64,000 nucleotides of DNA, from positions 64,001 through 128,000 of the forward strand of contig JBDKFG010000001.1 in the NCBI GenBank assembly GCA_039798785.1, given 5' to 3'. The stretch is from Verrucomicrobiota bacterium. GTDB lineage: Bacteria; Verrucomicrobiota; Lentisphaeria; Lentisphaerales; Lentisphaeraceae. A model generated the notes under the pieces. It saw only the letters and a list, made by a program, of their open reading frames with translations. It was not told where the DNA came from and made no database searches. The number at the start of each line of letters is the position of its first letter. Position 1 is the stretch's first letter. The position numbers were made by a program, and so were the translations under genes. Below, one piece after another: positions 62,134 through 64,000 of the stretch.

Positions 62134-63096
62134 ATGTCGAAGGAGAGGAACGAGAGGTTGCGGCTTCTCGTCGGCTTGTTGAAGACGGGGCAGGATATGA
62201 GCGCGAAGCGCATCAATGTCGAGCTCGAGCGCAAGGCAATGCGGCAGGTCGACCGGCGCACCCTGCTGCGCGATGTGGCCTGTTTGCGGGACGAGTTCGG
62301 GGCGCCGGTGGACTACGACGCCTCCCGGCGTTCTTATGTGCTGGTCGATCTGGCCTGGAAGCTGCCGTTGGGACTGGTGCGGAGCGAGGCCTTGCTGCCG
62401 GCGGCTTTGGCGCTGGGTTCGGCGCAGGCGAGCCTGCCAGGGGATGGAGGAGAGGAGCTGGGCGAGATGCAGGACGCCCTTTTTCTCGCCATGGGGGGGC
62501 GTTCCCGCGAGGCGGCCGAGAGTCTGATCGTCTCTTCCAGCGCGGCTCCGGCGATGCCTGAAGGCGTCCTGGCGACGCTGCTGGAGGGCTGGCGCTCCTG
62601 TCGCCGCATCCAGGGCCGATACCGATCCTCCGGCGGCAGGATCGAGGAGCGTCAAGTCGAGCTCCATGCCTTGTATCATGTCGACGGTTTCTGGTACGCC
62701 GCCGCCTATTGTCACCGCCGGCTGGCGCCGCGCACTTTCGCTTTGCATCGCTTCGACAGCGCCGAGATCCTGCCGGAGCGGTTTCGGCGCGACGAGACCC
62801 TGGTCCGACGGGTCCGGGACAGCGGCGGATTCACCGACATGGACCGCCTGGAGGGGGTGGAGTTGCGCCTGCGCTCCTGGACGGCCCGCACGGCGCAGGA
62901 GCGGCCGCCCTTTCCCGGCGCCAGCTTCCGTAGCGATGCCGGGGGGCTGCTGATGAGTCTTTCGAGCGCACCGTCGGAGCGGCTGGTCTCGTGGATACTG
63001 AGCCAGGGAGGCATGGCGGTGGCGTTGGCACCGGCAAAACTGAAAAGACTGGTCCTCAAGCGGGCCGAGGGGCTTGTCAAGTCGCACGGAGGCTGA
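62134..63096 (+). CDS. HTH-WYL-WCX transcriptional regulator
   Basis: VDRRTLLRDVACLR (HTH), WYAAAYCH.R..RTFALHR (WYL), LVSWILSQG..P..L (WCX). Confidence 0.88.
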   Translation: MSKERNERLRLLVGLLKTGQDMSAKRINVELERKAMRQVDRRTLLRDVACLRDEFGAPVDYDASRRSYVLVDLAWKLPLGLVRSEALLPAALALGSAQASLPGDGGEELGEMQDALFLAMGGRSREAAESLIVSSSAAPAMPEGVLATLLEGWRSCRRIQGRYRSSGGRIEERQVELHALYHVDGFWYAAAYCHRRLAPRTFALHRFDSAEILPERFRRDETLVRRVRDSGGFTDMDRLEGVELRLRSWTARTAQERPPFPGASFRSDAGGLLMSLSSAPSERLVSWILSQGGMAVALAPAKLKRLVLKRAEGLVKSHGG

Positions 63097-63188
63097 GTTT
63101 TCCCGGGATTTTCCTTGTCAAGCATCTCGGGGGGCTTGCGGAGAGCGGCGAAGGAGTGGTATCATTGGGCGCAAGACCAGGACGCCAC

Positions 63189-63764
63189 ATGTCAGCTTTC
63201 CTTTTTAATATCGCCTGTCCGCGTTGCGAGACGCGGATCGCCATTCATCTCGGGCGGCAGAGCACGCACTGCCCGCGCTGCGAGTTTCTGGTCAGGATCA
63301 GCGATCCCGACGGGCTGCTTAGCGACTTCAAGGCGAACGGCCTGGCGGACTTGGAGTTCCATGAAGAGTCGATCCAGGAGAAATCGCCGGACGGCATTCG
63401 CATAGACGGATTGCGTCTGGTCTTCAGTCGCAGCGCCGGCGGTGCCAGCGCCCCTCAGGTGCCGCGCGCCGAGCCGGAGCCGGAGTCGATGACCGAAAGA
63501 GAAGATGCGCCCGAGCACAAGACCGCGCACACCCAGGCGATCCATCTGACATTCGATCCCTCGGTCTACATGAAGCAGATTGAGGAGCAGTCGCGAGGCG
63601 GGAAGCTGCGTCACCCGACCCAGGCGAAGATTCCTCTTCACAAGGTGATTCACGCCTCGAAAACAGCCAAGCCTCCCCCGCCGAGCCATCTGCGGATCTG
63701 GATCAGCGCCACTTTGGTGACACTGATCTTCGTCGTCATCATCATCGTCATCGCCCTCCGTTAA
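63189..63764 (+). CDS. Hypothetical zinc-ribbon protein with C-terminal TM anchor
   Basis: CPRC..CPRC; hydrophobic C-terminus. Confidence 0.7.
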   Translation: MSAFLFNIACPRCETRIAIHLGRQSTHCPRCEFLVRISDPDGLLSDFKANGLADLEFHEESIQEKSPDGIRIDGLRLVFSRSAGGASAPQVPRAEPEPESMTEREDAPEHKTAHTQAIHLTFDPSVYMKQIEEQSRGGKLRHPTQAKIPLHKVIHASKTAKPPPPSHLRIWISATLVTLIFVVIIIVIALR

Positions 63765-64000
63765 TGGGCGGCGGATTCGGCCTCGGCTGGGAATTCGGTT
63801 GCGGGCGCCAGACTTGCCGGGTCGATCTGGGTTGGCTTCAAGGCCGAAACCAGACTGTAGCGGCTCTTCGGGACAGCATCGGTCTCGAAGGCGAGTTTGA
63901 TCACGGCGCCTTCGTTCACGGGGCGCGAGAGAAGAGTCTTTTCCCCGTCGGTTTCTTTTAGGCGGACCGGCGAGGCCGGCAGGCACTGGAAGATCCATGC
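63761..64000 (-). CDS. C-terminal end of an unknown protein, truncated by window end
   Basis: Open frame AWIFQCLPASP...AESAAH* with native codon bias; its stop overlaps the opposite-strand stop in TTAA. Confidence 0.55.
   Translation of the reverse strand, partial: AWIFQCLPASPVRLKETDGEKTLLSRPVNEGAVIKLAFETDAVPKSRYSLVSALKPTQIDPASLAPATEFPAEAESAAH

Overview
High-GC bacterial chromosomal segment, probably from a PVC-superphylum organism such as Lentisphaerota or Verrucomicrobiota (inferred from gene style, not proven). It is mostly housekeeping genes: htpX, aminopeptidase P, rlmB, ilvC, hldD, efp-epmA, purB, HU, ispH, pyk, murA, two FKBPs, ccsA-hemA, engB, thiI, a UvrD-family helicase and rpmH-rnpA-yidD-yidC-jag. 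Accessory modules are: an orphan macrodomain next to an NrtR regulator that has a clear operator palindrome; a five-gene fragment of an aryl-polyene-type cluster with a 12-codon MCGI mini-ORF inside; an arsR-arsC-aquaporin operon; a large pseudokinase-AAA-histidine kinase-receiver protein; two Ser/Thr kinases; and a WYL regulator divergent from a small unknown gene across a near-perfect palindrome. Intergenic gaps repeatedly hold 133-150 bp fold-back elements and 7-10 nt micro-repeats, with no transposase in the window. I found no tRNA, rRNA, CRISPR array, integrase or prophage. All calls are from motif recognition by eye; no searches were run.
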